64,000 nucleotides of DNA from Candidatus Krumholzibacteriia bacterium (lineage in GTDB: Bacteria; Krumholzibacteriota; Krumholzibacteriia; Krumholzibacteriales; Krumholzibacteriaceae). The notes beneath the pieces are model-generated. The model did not search any database, had not been told where the DNA came from, and saw nothing but the letters and a program-made list of their open reading frames with translations. The position numbers and the translations under genes were made by a program. This document shows, piece after piece, positions 20,560 to 31,900 of this stretch. The stretch covers positions 504,782-568,781 of the forward strand of contig CAWIIQ010000003.1 in the NCBI GenBank assembly GCA_963836185.1, in the 5' to 3' direction. Position 1 is the first letter of the stretch. Each line of letters opens with the position of its first letter.

Positions 20560-22113
20560 TCAATGCCACCCGACAGGCTCCATGACATTCTGTCCCGTCT
20601 GTTCCTTGAGATACCACCCGACAGGTTCTCTGGCATACTGTCCCGGCGGTTCCTTGACATACTGCTCCATGTGCTTCTTCCCGTAGGTCCTCTCTGCCTC
20701 GAGCCGGTTGTGCTTCCCGCAGAGCAGCCTGAGATTCTCCGGAGAGTTGTCCCCGCCCCTGGCAAAGGGGACCTTGTGGTCTATCTGCAGGTCCCAGGTA
20801 GACCCGCACCTCCTGCCGCCGGGGGAGACAAAGGAACATCGTCCCCTGTCCCTGGCGTATACCTCGTCACGGACCTTCCGGGGGATATGACGGGAGACCT
20901 CTTTCTTGCGCGGATCGCCCGAGGCAATATCCGAGAGTCTTTCATGTCTCTTCGAACCGCCGGCAGCATTACCAGAGTTCTTTTCATGTCTCTTCGCACC
21001 GCACGTAGCCGAAGATCTCTTCGTCTTCTTCGAAGCTCCCGCTGGCTTACAGGTCCCAGGGTTACCCTTCGATTTCCTTTCGGCCCTCTTCTCCCGCTTC
21101 TCTTTTCTCCTGATCCTGCCCTCAGGGCTGTGTCTTTCGATGTACTCGTCCATCAGAAGAGAGAAGAGCTCGCCAAGCTCAAGATGCCTGTGATACTTCG
21201 AGGAGAGAAGAGAACGGACCCTCTCGACCTTTCGCATGAAGTCGGGGTCCGCTCCGAACGTGACCTTCAGCCTCTCCTCGAAAACCACTGTCTGCGCGGC
21301 GAAGGGCCTGCTGCCAGTATCAGGGCTGGCTGCCGGCCCTTCGCCGCTGCCAGCTCTGCTCCCCTTCGAAGTGGCAGGATCTTTACCGCCACCGGTGGCG
21401 GTGGAGAATTTACCACCCCCGTCTAATGTGTTGTCTCTGAAGCTGTTGCCATCGTTCGTCTTGTCTCCGTCACTCTTACGGTCGCCCGTCTTATCTCCGT
21501 CACTCATGCAAGCGCCATCTCGGACCTCGAGCAGAGTTTTTACATATACCGGGGTGACCCTGTCTCTGATAGCGCTCTTAGGCCTGCGGCTGCTGACAAG
21601 AAGCTCGACCTCCCTTTTCGAGGCTCCCTCTATCCGGCAGAGAAGATCAGAGACATTCTCCGGGGTCATGATCCTGGCGATCATCGCGAGGTTGGTCATG
21701 CTGACCTTCCCGCAGGAGAGGGCTCCGTAGACTGCCGGGTAGTCCCTGATGCACCTGGCGATACTTATCCTCCTGCCGGCCGTGGACTCGGAGTATCCGA
21801 GACGCTCTGTGCAGAACTCATAGAGAGAGCTGAAGCCGAGAGGAAGATAGAGCTTTCTTCTGTCTATCTCGATCAGGTGGACGAGGATAGAAAGCACGGT
21901 CTTTCTCTCAGTCTCAGAGAGCTTGCGGATACCGGACAGAAGGGCCCTGTTTGAGACACCTTTGAGGGCTTTTACTTCCGGGATGGCTTTGGGGATGCCA
22001 CTGACTGCGGCAGCGCCTTTTCTGGGCCTGGCATCGGCATTGCTTTTGGCTCTGTTCATTGCGTCTGTGGATCTACTGCTGGAACGGATCGAGCTCTTCG
22101 TCGTCCTCATCAT
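20560..22113 (-). CDS. DUF222-like HNH endonuclease (probably a selfish element)
   Basis: N-domain HLIEIDRRKLY..GFSSLYEFC..LGYSE; C-terminal RDRGRC..C..IDHKVP...NLRLLCGKHN; GGAGGTG RBS; extended -10 at 22179-22187. Confidence 0.85.
   Translation of the reverse strand: MMRTTKSSIRSSSRSTDAMNRAKSNADARPRKGAAAVSGIPKAIPEVKALKGVSNRALLSGIRKLSETERKTVLSILVHLIEIDRRKLYLPLGFSSLYEFCTERLGYSESTAGRRISIARCIRDYPAVYGALSCGKVSMTNLAMIARIMTPENVSDLLCRIEGASKREVELLVSSRRPKSAIRDRVTPVYVKTLLEVRDGACMSDGDKTGDRKSDGDKTNDGNSFRDNTLDGGGKFSTATGGGKDPATSKGSRAGSGEGPAASPDTGSRPFAAQTVVFEERLKVTFGADPDFMRKVERVRSLLSSKYHRHLELGELFSLLMDEYIERHSPEGRIRRKEKREKRAERKSKGNPGTCKPAGASKKTKRSSATCGAKRHEKNSGNAAGGSKRHERLSDIASGDPRKKEVSRHIPRKVRDEVYARDRGRCSFVSPGGRRCGSTWDLQIDHKVPFARGGDNSPENLRLLCGKHNRLEAERTYGKKHMEQYVKEPPGQYAREPVGWYLKEQTGQNVMEPVGWH
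20563..20664. repeat. 48-bp duplication (24-bp sub-period) at the 3' end of the HNH gene
   Basis: ccacccgacagg at 20566 and 20614; encodes KEPPGQY-AREPVGWY-LKEQTGQN-VMEPVGWH. Confidence 0.85.
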
Positions 22114-22497
22114 CGTCACCTCCGGGTGAGATCAGGCTATTTATCTCTGCCCCCCATTTGCCCTCTCCATCTGAGGACATTATAACACGGATTTTGGCGG
22201 TAAAACAGGTGGCCCGAGGCGCCTCGACGGGGGCCGGGATGAGCCGGATGTCTCGATCTTCGAGAGAGGCGAAGAGAGGGGCGCTGAGGTCCGCCTGGCG
22301 GCGTAATCTACGGCGGGCACGCAGGTTGGGGAATCGGGCCCTGAAAAGCCGTCAAGGATTATTTTTGGTTTTTGGGGGATTATTTTAAGATATTCTGGGA
22401 ATTTGAGCGATTGAAAATAGTCCGATGCAGTCCATTCCGCCGAAACCAGATCCGATGAAATCCAGTCCGCTTAAAACCGAAGCAGATGAGAGCTGCC

Positions 22498-23418
22498 CTA
22501 CCCTGACTGGCCCCCCTTGCGTGCAAAGATCATGTAATGGAAGTTGTGGTACCTGCGGACGCGCCCGTTCGATGAGAACTTTTCGTAAAGCGACAGGCCC
22601 GCCCTGCCCGTATTGGGGTAAGAGTCAAGCGGTACAGCCTCGATATCCTCTAATCCCGACATTTCCAGCAAACGCATCGATTCGAAGACATCGGTGGGAA
22701 ACTCGTACGTCGCCGGGCGGTGTTTTGACCCCTTCATCTTATGCCAGCTCTCACGCAGCGCTCCGTGCAGCTGTCTCGGCATCATCTTCGACTTCCAGAA
22801 CTGTGTAATTCCCCAGGCGTTGATGTCCTCGAGAAAGAGCATCCCGCCCGGCCGGAGGATCCTGGCGAACGAATCGAATATCGCCGCGAGTCTTTCCGGT
22901 TCGTGATGGATCAGGTCGATGCAGCAGATCGCGTCGAAAGCCTCGTCCCGGAAAGGAAGCGCATGCACCGCGCCGGTGACGTTGAACCGGGAGCCGTATT
23001 CATTGCGCATTTTCTCGAGAAGCGAACACATCAGGTCGAAGGCCACGAGGGTGTTGCCGCCGGCGAGCTCGAGGAAACTGGTATCTACTCCGCAGCCTAT
23101 GTTGACTATGGTTTTCCCGGTACCGACCCTCTCCCGGACAAAATCCCAGTACTCCTTCTTCGATAGTTTCCATTGTTCCTCAGACAGGCCGTCTTTCTCC
23201 GAATCCGGCTCATCGGTCATCAGCTCTCCGAGCTTCTCTTCCTCGGCCAGATGCTCGAGGTCGATACCATCCGGCATCAGTACCGGGATGCCGCCGCGCA
23301 CCTCATACTGTGTCCCGCACGAGAAACATGTCAGGGAGAAATCGCCCGGGCCGAGCTCTCCGCCGCATCGCGGGCAGGCGAGAAGGTCGAGCAGCTTGTC
23401 TTCAATAACCGGCGTCAT
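22498..23418 (-). CDS. Trm112-like zinc ribbon fused to a class I SAM methyltransferase
   Basis: LACPRC..CFSC..YEVRGGIPVL; VNIGCG; LPFRDEAFD; ILRPGG. Confidence 0.85.
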   Translation of the reverse strand: MTPVIEDKLLDLLACPRCGGELGPGDFSLTCFSCGTQYEVRGGIPVLMPDGIDLEHLAEEEKLGELMTDEPDSEKDGLSEEQWKLSKKEYWDFVRERVGTGKTIVNIGCGVDTSFLELAGGNTLVAFDLMCSLLEKMRNEYGSRFNVTGAVHALPFRDEAFDAICCIDLIHHEPERLAAIFDSFARILRPGGMLFLEDINAWGITQFWKSKMMPRQLHGALRESWHKMKGSKHRPATYEFPTDVFESMRLLEMSGLEDIEAVPLDSYPNTGRAGLSLYEKFSSNGRVRRYHNFHYMIFARKGGQSG

Positions 23419-23555
23419 GTGCGTTCACCTTTCATCGTTTCATTATAGACTATGGAGCGCTTTCTTGACAGCGGCTTTCGCCCGTGATAGCGTCTGCAGT
23501 TCGAGACAACTACTCACCGGCCCGTCCGGGCCGCTTATCATCGGAGGCTCGCTAT

Positions 23556-24734
23556 ATGGATATCAAGGCGATACAGGACGCTCTCGAAGACAAGGGGATC
23601 GACGGCTGGCTGCTCTACGACTTCCACAACCGCGACCATCTCGCGTATAGGATCCTCGATATGGATTTCGAGAAGATGACATCGCGCCGGTGGTTTTATT
23701 TCATCCCCGTCACCGGCGAGCCGATCAGGCTGGCGCACCGGGTCGAGCCGAAGAAGCTAGATTCTCTGCCGGGAAAGCTCGAGTACTATCATCCATGGGT
23801 CGAGCTTCACGCGAAGCTCAAGGAGATACTTGGTGAACCGAAGACGATCGCGATGCAGTACTCTCCCCTCTGCAACATCCCCTACACGTCGATAGTGGAC
23901 GGAGGGACGATCGAGCTTATCCGCTCGTTCGGTCACGAGGTCGTCTCTTCTGCCGACCTGGTCCAGCTCTTCGAGGCGATCATCGACGAGGAAGGGTATC
24001 AGAGCCACCTCAAGGCATGCGACATCATCCAGAAAATCAAGGACGAAGCGTTCGCACTTATCGGCAAGGCTATAGCCGAGGGCAGCAAGCTGACAGAGTA
24101 CGACGTGGCGAAGTTCATCCTCGACAGGTTCAAGGAGGACGGGATCGATCCCGGTCACGATATCCCCATCGTCGGGATCAACGACCATCCGGCGAATCCG
24201 CACTTCGAGCCGACTCCAGAGGGTTCCTACGAGTTCAAGAAGGGCGACATGGTCCTTATAGACCTGTGGGGCAAACTGGACAAGCCGGGTTCGATCTTCT
24301 ACGACATAACCTGGTGCGGATACATCGGGGACGATCCGCCGGCGAAGTACGTCGAGATATTCGAGACGGTCCGTGACGCGCGCATAGCGGCGGTCGAGTT
24401 CGTGCGCAAGGCCTTCGCCGAGGGCAGGCCGGTCTACGGCTGGGAAGTAGACGACGCCTGCAGGAACGTCGTGAAAGAGCGCGGGTATGGCGATTACTTC
24501 ATCCACCGCACGGGGCACTCGATCGGTGAAGAGGTGCACGGCAACGGTGTACACATCGACAACCTCGAGACGAAAGACGAGCGGCAGCTCGTCCCAGGTA
24601 TCTGTTTCTCGATAGAGCCGGGCATCTATCTCGAGGGAGAGATGGCCGCACGAAGCGAGATCGATCTCTTTATCACCCTGGACGGCGAGGTCGTCGTTGC
24701 GGGCGATGAGCAGATGGAGCTGATAAAGATCTAG
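23556..24734 (+). CDS. M24-family (Xaa-Pro) metallopeptidase
   Basis: PHF, LIDLW, YDITW, HRTGHSIG, SIEPGIY, RSE; GGAGG RBS before ATG 23556. Confidence 0.92.
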   Translation: MDIKAIQDALEDKGIDGWLLYDFHNRDHLAYRILDMDFEKMTSRRWFYFIPVTGEPIRLAHRVEPKKLDSLPGKLEYYHPWVELHAKLKEILGEPKTIAMQYSPLCNIPYTSIVDGGTIELIRSFGHEVVSSADLVQLFEAIIDEEGYQSHLKACDIIQKIKDEAFALIGKAIAEGSKLTEYDVAKFILDRFKEDGIDPGHDIPIVGINDHPANPHFEPTPEGSYEFKKGDMVLIDLWGKLDKPGSIFYDITWCGYIGDDPPAKYVEIFETVRDARIAAVEFVRKAFAEGRPVYGWEVDDACRNVVKERGYGDYFIHRTGHSIGEEVHGNGVHIDNLETKDERQLVPGICFSIEPGIYLEGEMAARSEIDLFITLDGEVVVAGDEQMELIKI

Positions 24735-24764
24735 CCGGCTGATATCGGCGGGCAGGGATGTTCG

Positions 24765-24794
24765 AAGGCCGGCCCTCAGCGGGCCGGCCTTTTT
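24765..24794 (+). terminator. Rho-independent terminator
   Basis: AAGGCCGGCCC-tcagc-GGGCCGGCCTT followed by TTT. Confidence 0.8.
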
Positions 24795-24808
24795 AAGGAC
24801 CGGAGAGC

Positions 24809-25501
24809 GTGATGTCGATCACTGAAAACTGGAAATTGGTAAACGAGAGGGTTGCCGAAGCGGCCGTAAAGGCCGGCAGGGATCCGTCAGATGTGACGAT
24901 CATCGCTGTGACGAAGACTCATCCGGCGGAGACGGTCGAGACCGCACTGGCCGCCGGCGTGACCGATGTCGGCGAGAACCGCGTCCAGGAGTTCCTCTCG
25001 AAGGAGTCCGGGGTGACTTCGCCATGCCGATGGCACCTCATCGGCCACCTGCAGACCAACAAGGTGAACAAGGCTATCGGGAAGTTCGCGATGATCCATT
25101 CGGTCGATTCGCTGAAACTCGCTGAAAAGATAAGCAGCGCCGGCGAGCGCGAGGGTGTCGCGACAGATATCCTCGTCGAGGTAAACACGAGCGGTGAAGA
25201 GTCGAAGTTCGGGCTCGAGACAGACAGCACGTTAGAGCTCTGCGCCGGGATCGCGGATCTCCCAGCGCTGAATCTCCGCGGGCTGATGACAGTCGGCCCG
25301 TGGGTCGACGACAAGGCCATCCTCTCGAAAGCGTTCGGTTCTCTCCGTCTTCTGGGCGAGAAAATCGATGCGGCGGGTATAAGCGGCATATCAATGGAGC
25401 ACCTCTCCATGGGGATGACTGACGATTTCGAGATCGCTATCGCCGAGGGATCGACGATAGTGAGACTCGGGAGAGTGATATTCGGGGCGCGGCGGCTGTG
25501 A
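24809..25501 (+). CDS. yggS: PLP homeostasis protein
   Basis: AVTKT, GENRVQE, WHLIGHLQTNK, LSMGMTDD, VRLGRVIFG. Confidence 0.96.
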   Translation: MMSITENWKLVNERVAEAAVKAGRDPSDVTIIAVTKTHPAETVETALAAGVTDVGENRVQEFLSKESGVTSPCRWHLIGHLQTNKVNKAIGKFAMIHSVDSLKLAEKISSAGEREGVATDILVEVNTSGEESKFGLETDSTLELCAGIADLPALNLRGLMTVGPWVDDKAILSKAFGSLRLLGEKIDAAGISGISMEHLSMGMTDDFEIAIAEGSTIVRLGRVIFGARRL

Positions 25502-25604
25502 CAGAAAAACGGCCAGAGGATCCGGTGAACGGTCGGAAGGATTCCGGCAGCATGATTCGAGCGCCAGGCAAGCGATGCCGTAACAGGCAGAAATAAAGTG
25601 AGTT

Positions 25605-25865
25605 ATGGGATATTTTGTCTCTGACACGGTTGGTCTGATAATTGCATTTCTCAACACGTTAACATTTCTGGTGTTGCTGTATATGTTTCTGCAGCTCGTC
25701 GGAGGGCCGGACAGCAAGGTTTACATGGCTCTCGACCGCATATTCTCACCGGTACTGAACCCGGCCAGGCGGCTGCTTAAACGAAAAGGATTCGACGCGT
25801 CGCCGCTGATTCTGGCGGCGGTGTTCCAGCTGGTCGCGCTGGTGATCAGAAAAAACTGGGTTTGA
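25605..25865 (+). CDS. yggT: YggT/YlmG-family membrane protein
   Basis: PVLNPARRLL..FDASPLI; position after yggS. Confidence 0.8.
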   Translation: MGYFVSDTVGLIIAFLNTLTFLVLLYMFLQLVGGPDSKVYMALDRIFSPVLNPARRLLKRKGFDASPLILAAVFQLVALVIRKNWV

Positions 25866-25982
25866 ACCGACAGCAACGGCGTGGTAAAGATTCGGTAGCG
25901 AAAACGATGAGCCCGGGGAGGCAACGGACCGACGGGCAGGAAAAGGAAGACCGGCCGCGGTCCGACAAGAGGAGGCAGACTA

Positions 25983-27534
25983 ATGAGGATCACACCTCTC
26001 GATATCCGGAAGCAGGAATTCCGCAAGACGATGCGAGGACTCGACTCAGACGAGGTCCATGCGTTTCTCGGCACCGTTGCCGATGAGTATGAGGCGGTCC
26101 TGTCGGATAACAAGAGACTGAGGGAGCATATCGTCCAGCTCGAGGAACGTCTCAAGGAATTCAAGAGCATGGAGACCAATCTTCGCAATACCCTTATGAC
26201 GGCTGAGAAGATCACGTCTGATGCGAAGGACAATGCCCGCAAGGAAGCTGATCTCATCGTCCGCGGCGCGGAAGTCGAAGCGACCAAGTCGGCCGAAGCG
26301 ATCCGTGCACATACCCAGCAGCTCCGCAGGGAGATCCTGGAACTCAAGAAACACAAGGACAACTATATCAGCAGGCTAAGGACCCTCCTTGACAGCCACA
26401 GTAACGTCGTCGATGGATTCGAGGAGGACTTCGCCGAGGTGGACCGTGAGATAGAGGCCATCGGCAAAAAGGTGGAGCAGGATGTTACGACTCCTCCACC
26501 CGCTTCCCGCATGAGCCGTGAGAGGATAGAGGAAGACTTCGCGCACGAAGAGCCCGAAGACAAGGTCACCTGGGGGGATGACCAGCCGAGAGAGGATGTC
26601 GAGAGGCCTACAATACCAAGGCCCGGAGAGTGGGAGCAGCAGAACCCCGACAGGCGGGGAGCGGCTCCTGACGACATCCAGTCAGGCCAGGACGAGAAGG
26701 CGGAGCAGGAGGAAGAGACGGCCTCCTCTCCCCAGCTCGATTTCGGGGCGGTTGGTGTCGGTGAAGCTGTTGACGTGGCTGCCTCGACGGTTACTGATTC
26801 TGAGGGAGAGTTTCGCGACGACCGTGAGGAAATGACAGAGGAAGAACTCGAAGGCGAAGCCCTTGCCAGAGACGTAGTCGCGCACAGCCTCGAGGAGCGG
26901 ATGTATCCCGATCCTCATATGAATGGCGACGGTTCCGCAGCCGGCGGATCGGCCGGACAGGCCGCGCCCCAGGCTGCAGTGCCCGCCGCTCCGCAGCAGA
27001 CGGTGCCGGGCGCCGGAGCTCCGGTCGCGCAGGCCGGACAGTCTCCCATGGCAGGAACGGCAGTTCACCCCGGGTCTCCGATGACACAGGGGACCGAAGA
27101 GGCATTTGCGCCGGCCGCTTCCGACGACTGGAAATCATACGAAGTAAAGGAATCGAAGCAGGACTGGAGCAGCTACGATGTGCCTCGCCAGGAGGCGCCG
27201 GCGGTAGCAGCCCAGCCGGCACAGCCCGCTCCTCAGCAGACGGACAAGCCCGTCGCGAAAGAGGCTCCGGACGATAACGAGGTCGAGGCGGCCCTGTCGG
27301 GGTTGACAGAGATGGCCTCTGAGCAGCCGAAACAGGCTGCGCCGAAGCCTGCCCAGCCGGCCGCTCCGAGAGCAGCAGAGACTCCTCCGCAGCGCTCGGA
27401 GCCGGCCGGCTCCGAAGACAGAAACCCCTCCGGCACAGGCCGCCGGGGAGATCGAGGAAGAGTCCGATGAGAACCAGAAATGGTCGATGGAAGAGTTGAG
27501 GAAGAACCTTACAAACATTGACAGGGACAGTTGA
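25983..27534 (+). CDS. divIVA: DivIVA-domain protein with long acidic disordered tail (probable frameshift ~27420; stop 27534)
   Basis: MRITPLDIRKQEFRKTMRGLDSDEV plus coiled coil; alternate frame continues ETPPAQ...WSMEELRKNLTNIDRDS*. Confidence 0.85.
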
Positions 27535-27540
27535 CCCTGG

Positions 27541-27834
27541 ATGAAGAAGATAGAGTCGAGACAAGACGGGAGGGTTGGATTCCGGATACGGGTCCAGCCC
27601 TCTTCGCGTAAAGACGAGATCGTCGGGTGGAACGATGACGGGGAACTGCGAATAAGGCTTGCCGCGCCGCCAGTCGAAGGAGCGGCGAACAGGAGGATCC
27701 CCGTATTTCTCGCGAAGGAGCTCGGCCTGAAGAAGCGCGACATCGTCATCGAGTCGGGCGAGAAATCGCGAAGCAAGCTCCTCTCAGCCCCTGATTCAGC
27801 AAGAACGCTTCTTGAAGGACTGCCGGAGATCTGA
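27541..27834 (+). CDS. yggU: DUF167/YggU-family protein
   Basis: VQPSSR, APPVEGAAN, SGEKSRSK. Confidence 0.9.
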   Translation: MKKIESRQDGRVGFRIRVQPSSRKDEIVGWNDDGELRIRLAAPPVEGAANRRIPVFLAKELGLKKRDIVIESGEKSRSKLLSAPDSARTLLEGLPEI

Positions 27835-27936
27835 CAGCCTGTATTTCCTGACATTACTACACATAAACTTGTTGCGGCCCGCCGTCTTTGCCTGTATAAG
27901 ATTTTTGACCCGCGGCAGGGGAGATCAACGAAAGGA

Positions 27937-28767
27937 GTGGCGGTGCCGGAACTCTACAGCCAGATCAGGGAGAGCGCGAAGTATATAAGAAAACTCGCCG
28001 ACGTGAGGCCATCGTTCGGCATCGTGCTGGGCAGCGGGCTCGGCGGACTGGCGAAGAGAATAAAGGTAAAGGCAGCCATACCTTACGGAGATATCCCCCA
28101 CTTTCCCGTATCGACGGTAAGCGGCCTGCACGCGGGCAATCTCATCCTCGGCGAGCTCGCCGGCCGCAAGGTCGTCGCTATGGAGGGAAGGGTCCACTAC
28201 TACGAAGGTTACACGATGAAGGAAGTGACCTTTCCGGTCCGCGTGATGAAGGCTCTCGGGGCGAAGTCGCTGATACTCACCTCGGCCGTAGGAGCGATGA
28301 ACCCGCTACTGCCAAAGGGCTCGATCGTAGCGGTCACCGATCACATCAACATGATGGGGGACAATCCCCTGATCGGCCCGAATGACGAGAGGCTCGGTCC
28401 ACGCTTCCCCGACATGAGCGAGCCGTACGACCGCCGCTACATATCTGTTCTCGAGAAGGCCGCGCTCGACCTGAAGATACCGCTGAAGAAAGGCGTTCTG
28501 GCTGCCCTCGCGGGCCCCTGCCTCGAGACAGCCGCCGAATACCGGTTCCTCAGGCGGATAGGTGCCGATATCGTCGGGATGTCGATGGTCCCTGAGAACA
28601 TCGCCGCGGTCCATGCGGGGATGAAAACCATTGGAATATCGATTGTTACAGATGAAGCGCTTCCGGACTGCCTCAAACCGGCCGATATTCGCGAGATCGT
28701 GGCCGCAGCGAAGAAGGGCGAGAAGGTGCTCCAGGGGCTGGTAATCGAGTTTCTGAAGAGGGTCTAG
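27937..28767 (+). CDS. punA: Purine-nucleoside phosphorylase
   Basis: GIVLGSGLG, GRVHYYEG, GPRFPDMS, VGMS. Confidence 0.92.
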   Translation: MAVPELYSQIRESAKYIRKLADVRPSFGIVLGSGLGGLAKRIKVKAAIPYGDIPHFPVSTVSGLHAGNLILGELAGRKVVAMEGRVHYYEGYTMKEVTFPVRVMKALGAKSLILTSAVGAMNPLLPKGSIVAVTDHINMMGDNPLIGPNDERLGPRFPDMSEPYDRRYISVLEKAALDLKIPLKKGVLAALAGPCLETAAEYRFLRRIGADIVGMSMVPENIAAVHAGMKTIGISIVTDEALPDCLKPADIREIVAAAKKGEKVLQGLVIEFLKRV

Positions 28768-28770
28768 TCC

Positions 28771-28799
28771 TTGACAGAAGCAAGTCTGTACATTATAAG
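28771..28799 (+). promoter_or_regulatory. Sigma70 promoter for ileS
   Basis: TTGACA-17nt-TATAAG. Confidence 0.6.
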
Positions 28800-28915
28800 A
28801 TATTGTTCTCATTTAAGCTGGCCCGGCTCGAAAACCACGAAATCGGATGACACCTGCCGGGGGCTGACCCGTGAATCCCGAACCTGACCGTGATATTGCC
28901 CGGAGAACGGAAGAT

Positions 28916-31900
28916 ATGGCAGAGAGCAGAGAAGACGCAAAGAGATACGCAGCCATCCCTCCTCAGCGCGAGGCGCTCGAAGCGGAGGCGGAGGTCCTCG
29001 GTTACTGGGAAGAGAACGATATCTTCAAGCGCAGCATGGACGAGAGGCCCGAAGAGAACAGCTTTGTCTTCTTCGAGGGCCCGCCGACGGCTAATGGCCG
29101 CCCCGGTGTCCACCACGCGATGGCGAGGACTATCAAGGATCTCGTCTGCAGATACAGGACGATGAAGGGGGAGCGCGTACTGCGCAAGGCGGGGTGGGAC
29201 ACCCACGGCCTTCCCGTAGAGATAGAAGTTGAGAAGCTCCTGGGGCTGGACGGCAAGGACCAGATCGAGGAGTACGGTGTCGACAAGTTCAACAAGCAGT
29301 GCTACAAGAGCGTCTTCAAGTACCTCGACGAGTGGCACGAATTCACCCGCAAGCTGGGATACTGGCTCGACCTGGACAATCCCTACGTCACCTGCACGAA
29401 CGAATATATCGAGTCGGTCTGGTGGATCCTCAAGCAGTTCTGGAACCAGGACATGCTCTACGAGGGGCACAAGATCATCCCTTACTGCGCCAGATGCGGC
29501 ACATCCCTCTCGAGCCACGAGGTGTCGCAGGGTTACAAGGATGTCGCCGACCCATCGATCTTCATCAAGCTGAAATTGACGGATGAGGACGCATATTTTC
29601 TCGTCTGGACGACGACGCCATGGACGCTGATCTCCAACGTCGCCCTGGCCGTCGGCCCCGAATACGATTACGCGCGCGTCAGCCATAACGGCGACACGCT
29701 CATTCTCGCCGAGGAGCTCCTCAGTGTGCTCGACGGCGAATATGAGATACTCGGCAAGGTCAAGGGGCATGAGCTCGTCGGCAAGACTTACGAACCATGC
29801 TTCCCCTGGTTCAAGGATGAAGAGGGGGGCTTCCGCGTTATAGCTGCCGAGTTCGTGACCCTGAGCGACGGCACGGGAATCGTCCACACCGCGCCGGCAT
29901 TCGGCGAGGACGACTACACCGCCGGGATGGAAGAGGGGCTGCCCTTCATCCAGCCGGTAGACGCCGAGGGAAAGTTTACGCCCGAGGTAACGAAATGGGC
30001 CGGCAAGTTCATCAAGGACGCTGACCCCGAGATCATAGAGGACCTGCGCGAGCGCGGCATACTCTACCGGGCCGAGACGCACGAGCATTCATACCCGTTC
30101 TGCTGGCGCTGTGACTCGCCCCTGATCTATTACGCGAGACGCTCGTGGTATATCAGGACGACCGCGTTCAAGGATCTGATGATCGAAGAGAACAAGAAGG
30201 TCCACTGGTACCCGCCAGAAGTGGGAGAGAACAGGTTCGCCCGCTGGCTCGAGGGGAACGTCGACTGGGCGCTCAGCCGCGAGCGGTACTGGGGCACCCC
30301 GCTCAATATCTGGACCTGCGACTCCTGCGAGGAGAAGTACTGCATAGGCGACCTGACCGAGCTTAAATCGATAAGCGAGCAGTTCCCCGAGGATTACGAC
30401 CTTCACAAGCCGTTTATCGACGACCTCGACGTCGGCTGTCCCGAGTGCGGCGGTAAGATGACGAGGGTCCCCGAGGTGATCGACTGCTGGTTCGACTCGG
30501 GCGCGATGCCGTTCGCGCAGCATCACTACCCGATGGAGAACATGGACGGATTCAAACAGAAATACCCTGCCGAGTTCATCAGCGAGGGTGTCGACCAGTC
30601 GAGAGGCTGGTTCTATTCGCTGCTGGCAATCGGGGCGTTCCTTACTAAGCAGAGCCCGTACAAGAGGTGCCTGCCCCACGGGATGATCCTCGACCGAGAA
30701 GGTCAGAAGATGAGCAAAAGCAAGGGGAACGCCGTCTTCGCGAGCGACGTGCTCAGCACCGACGGCGCCGATTCGCTTCGCTGGTACCTGATGATCAGCG
30801 GCGCGCCATATCTGCCAAAGAGGTTCGACCTCGAGGCGATGCGCGACAACGCGAACAAGTTCCTCGGAACATTGAGAAATCTTTATTCCTTCTTCGCGAT
30901 GTACGCCGAGATCGACGGTTTCGAGCCGTCAGGCGAAGTGAAGAGCGATAACACAATAGATCGCTGGATCCTGTCGAGGTTCAATTCGACGGTACACGAT
31001 GTCACCGCCGCCCTTGACGAGTACGAGATGACCAGAGCCGCTCGCGCGATCCAGACATTCGTGATCGACGAGCTCAGTAACTGGTACCTCAGGCGCTGCA
31101 GGCGCAGGTTCTGGAAGAACGAGATGTCGGGCGACAAGCTCGCTGCCTACGAGACCTTCTACACTGTGCTCGAAGGCGTCACAAGACTGGCCGCTCCGTT
31201 CGTGCCCTTCCTCACCGAGGCTGTCTGGCAGAGGCTCAGGGGAGAGGCCGGCAGGACGGGCAGCGTTCATCTCGAGCCGTACCCGGTTGCGGACAACTCG
31301 CTGATAGATGAGGAGCTGGAGAAAAATATGGCCGGCGTCCTCAAGACGGTCACCACTGGGCGTGCGGTGCGCAACAAGGCGGCGATCAAGGTAAGGACCC
31401 CTCTCGCCAGGATGCTCGTTCACGGGAAATATCACGACGTGACCGGGTGGACGAAAGACGAGGAGCTCAGCGGGCTGGTCCTCGACGAACTGAACGTCAA
31501 GGCGATCGAGATCATCGAGGATACGGGCGAGCTCATCAGGATGAGCGTGAAGCCCGAGTACTCGGTACTCGGAAAGAGGTTCGGGAAGAACATGAAGGCC
31601 GCCGCGGCCGTCCTCGAGTCCCTCGGCGCGGAAAGCGTAGTAGAACTGGTCGAGAAGGGAAGCGTTTCGGTAGAGATAGACGGGAAGAATGAGGACGTAT
31701 CCCTCGAAGAGGTCAGGGTCGAGAGCGAAACGGCGGAAGGGTTCGAGTCGGAGAACGAGGGCGACCTGACTATCATTCTCGACACGAAGCTTACCGACGA
31801 GCTTCGCAGGGAAGGGATGGCGAGGGACCTGGTGAACCGGATCCAGAACTTCAGAAAAGAGTCGGGATTCGAGGTCAGCGACAGAATATTGCTGGCATGG

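Noticed and set aside
20563-20664. CRISPR array or DGR template/variable repeat pair
   Set aside because: Repeats are in-frame coding duplications without spacers; differences are not adenine-specific; no cas or reverse transcriptase gene in the window
28800-28915. T-box leader before ileS
   Set aside because: No GGTGGNACC T-box, specifier stem or terminator seen; leader is short
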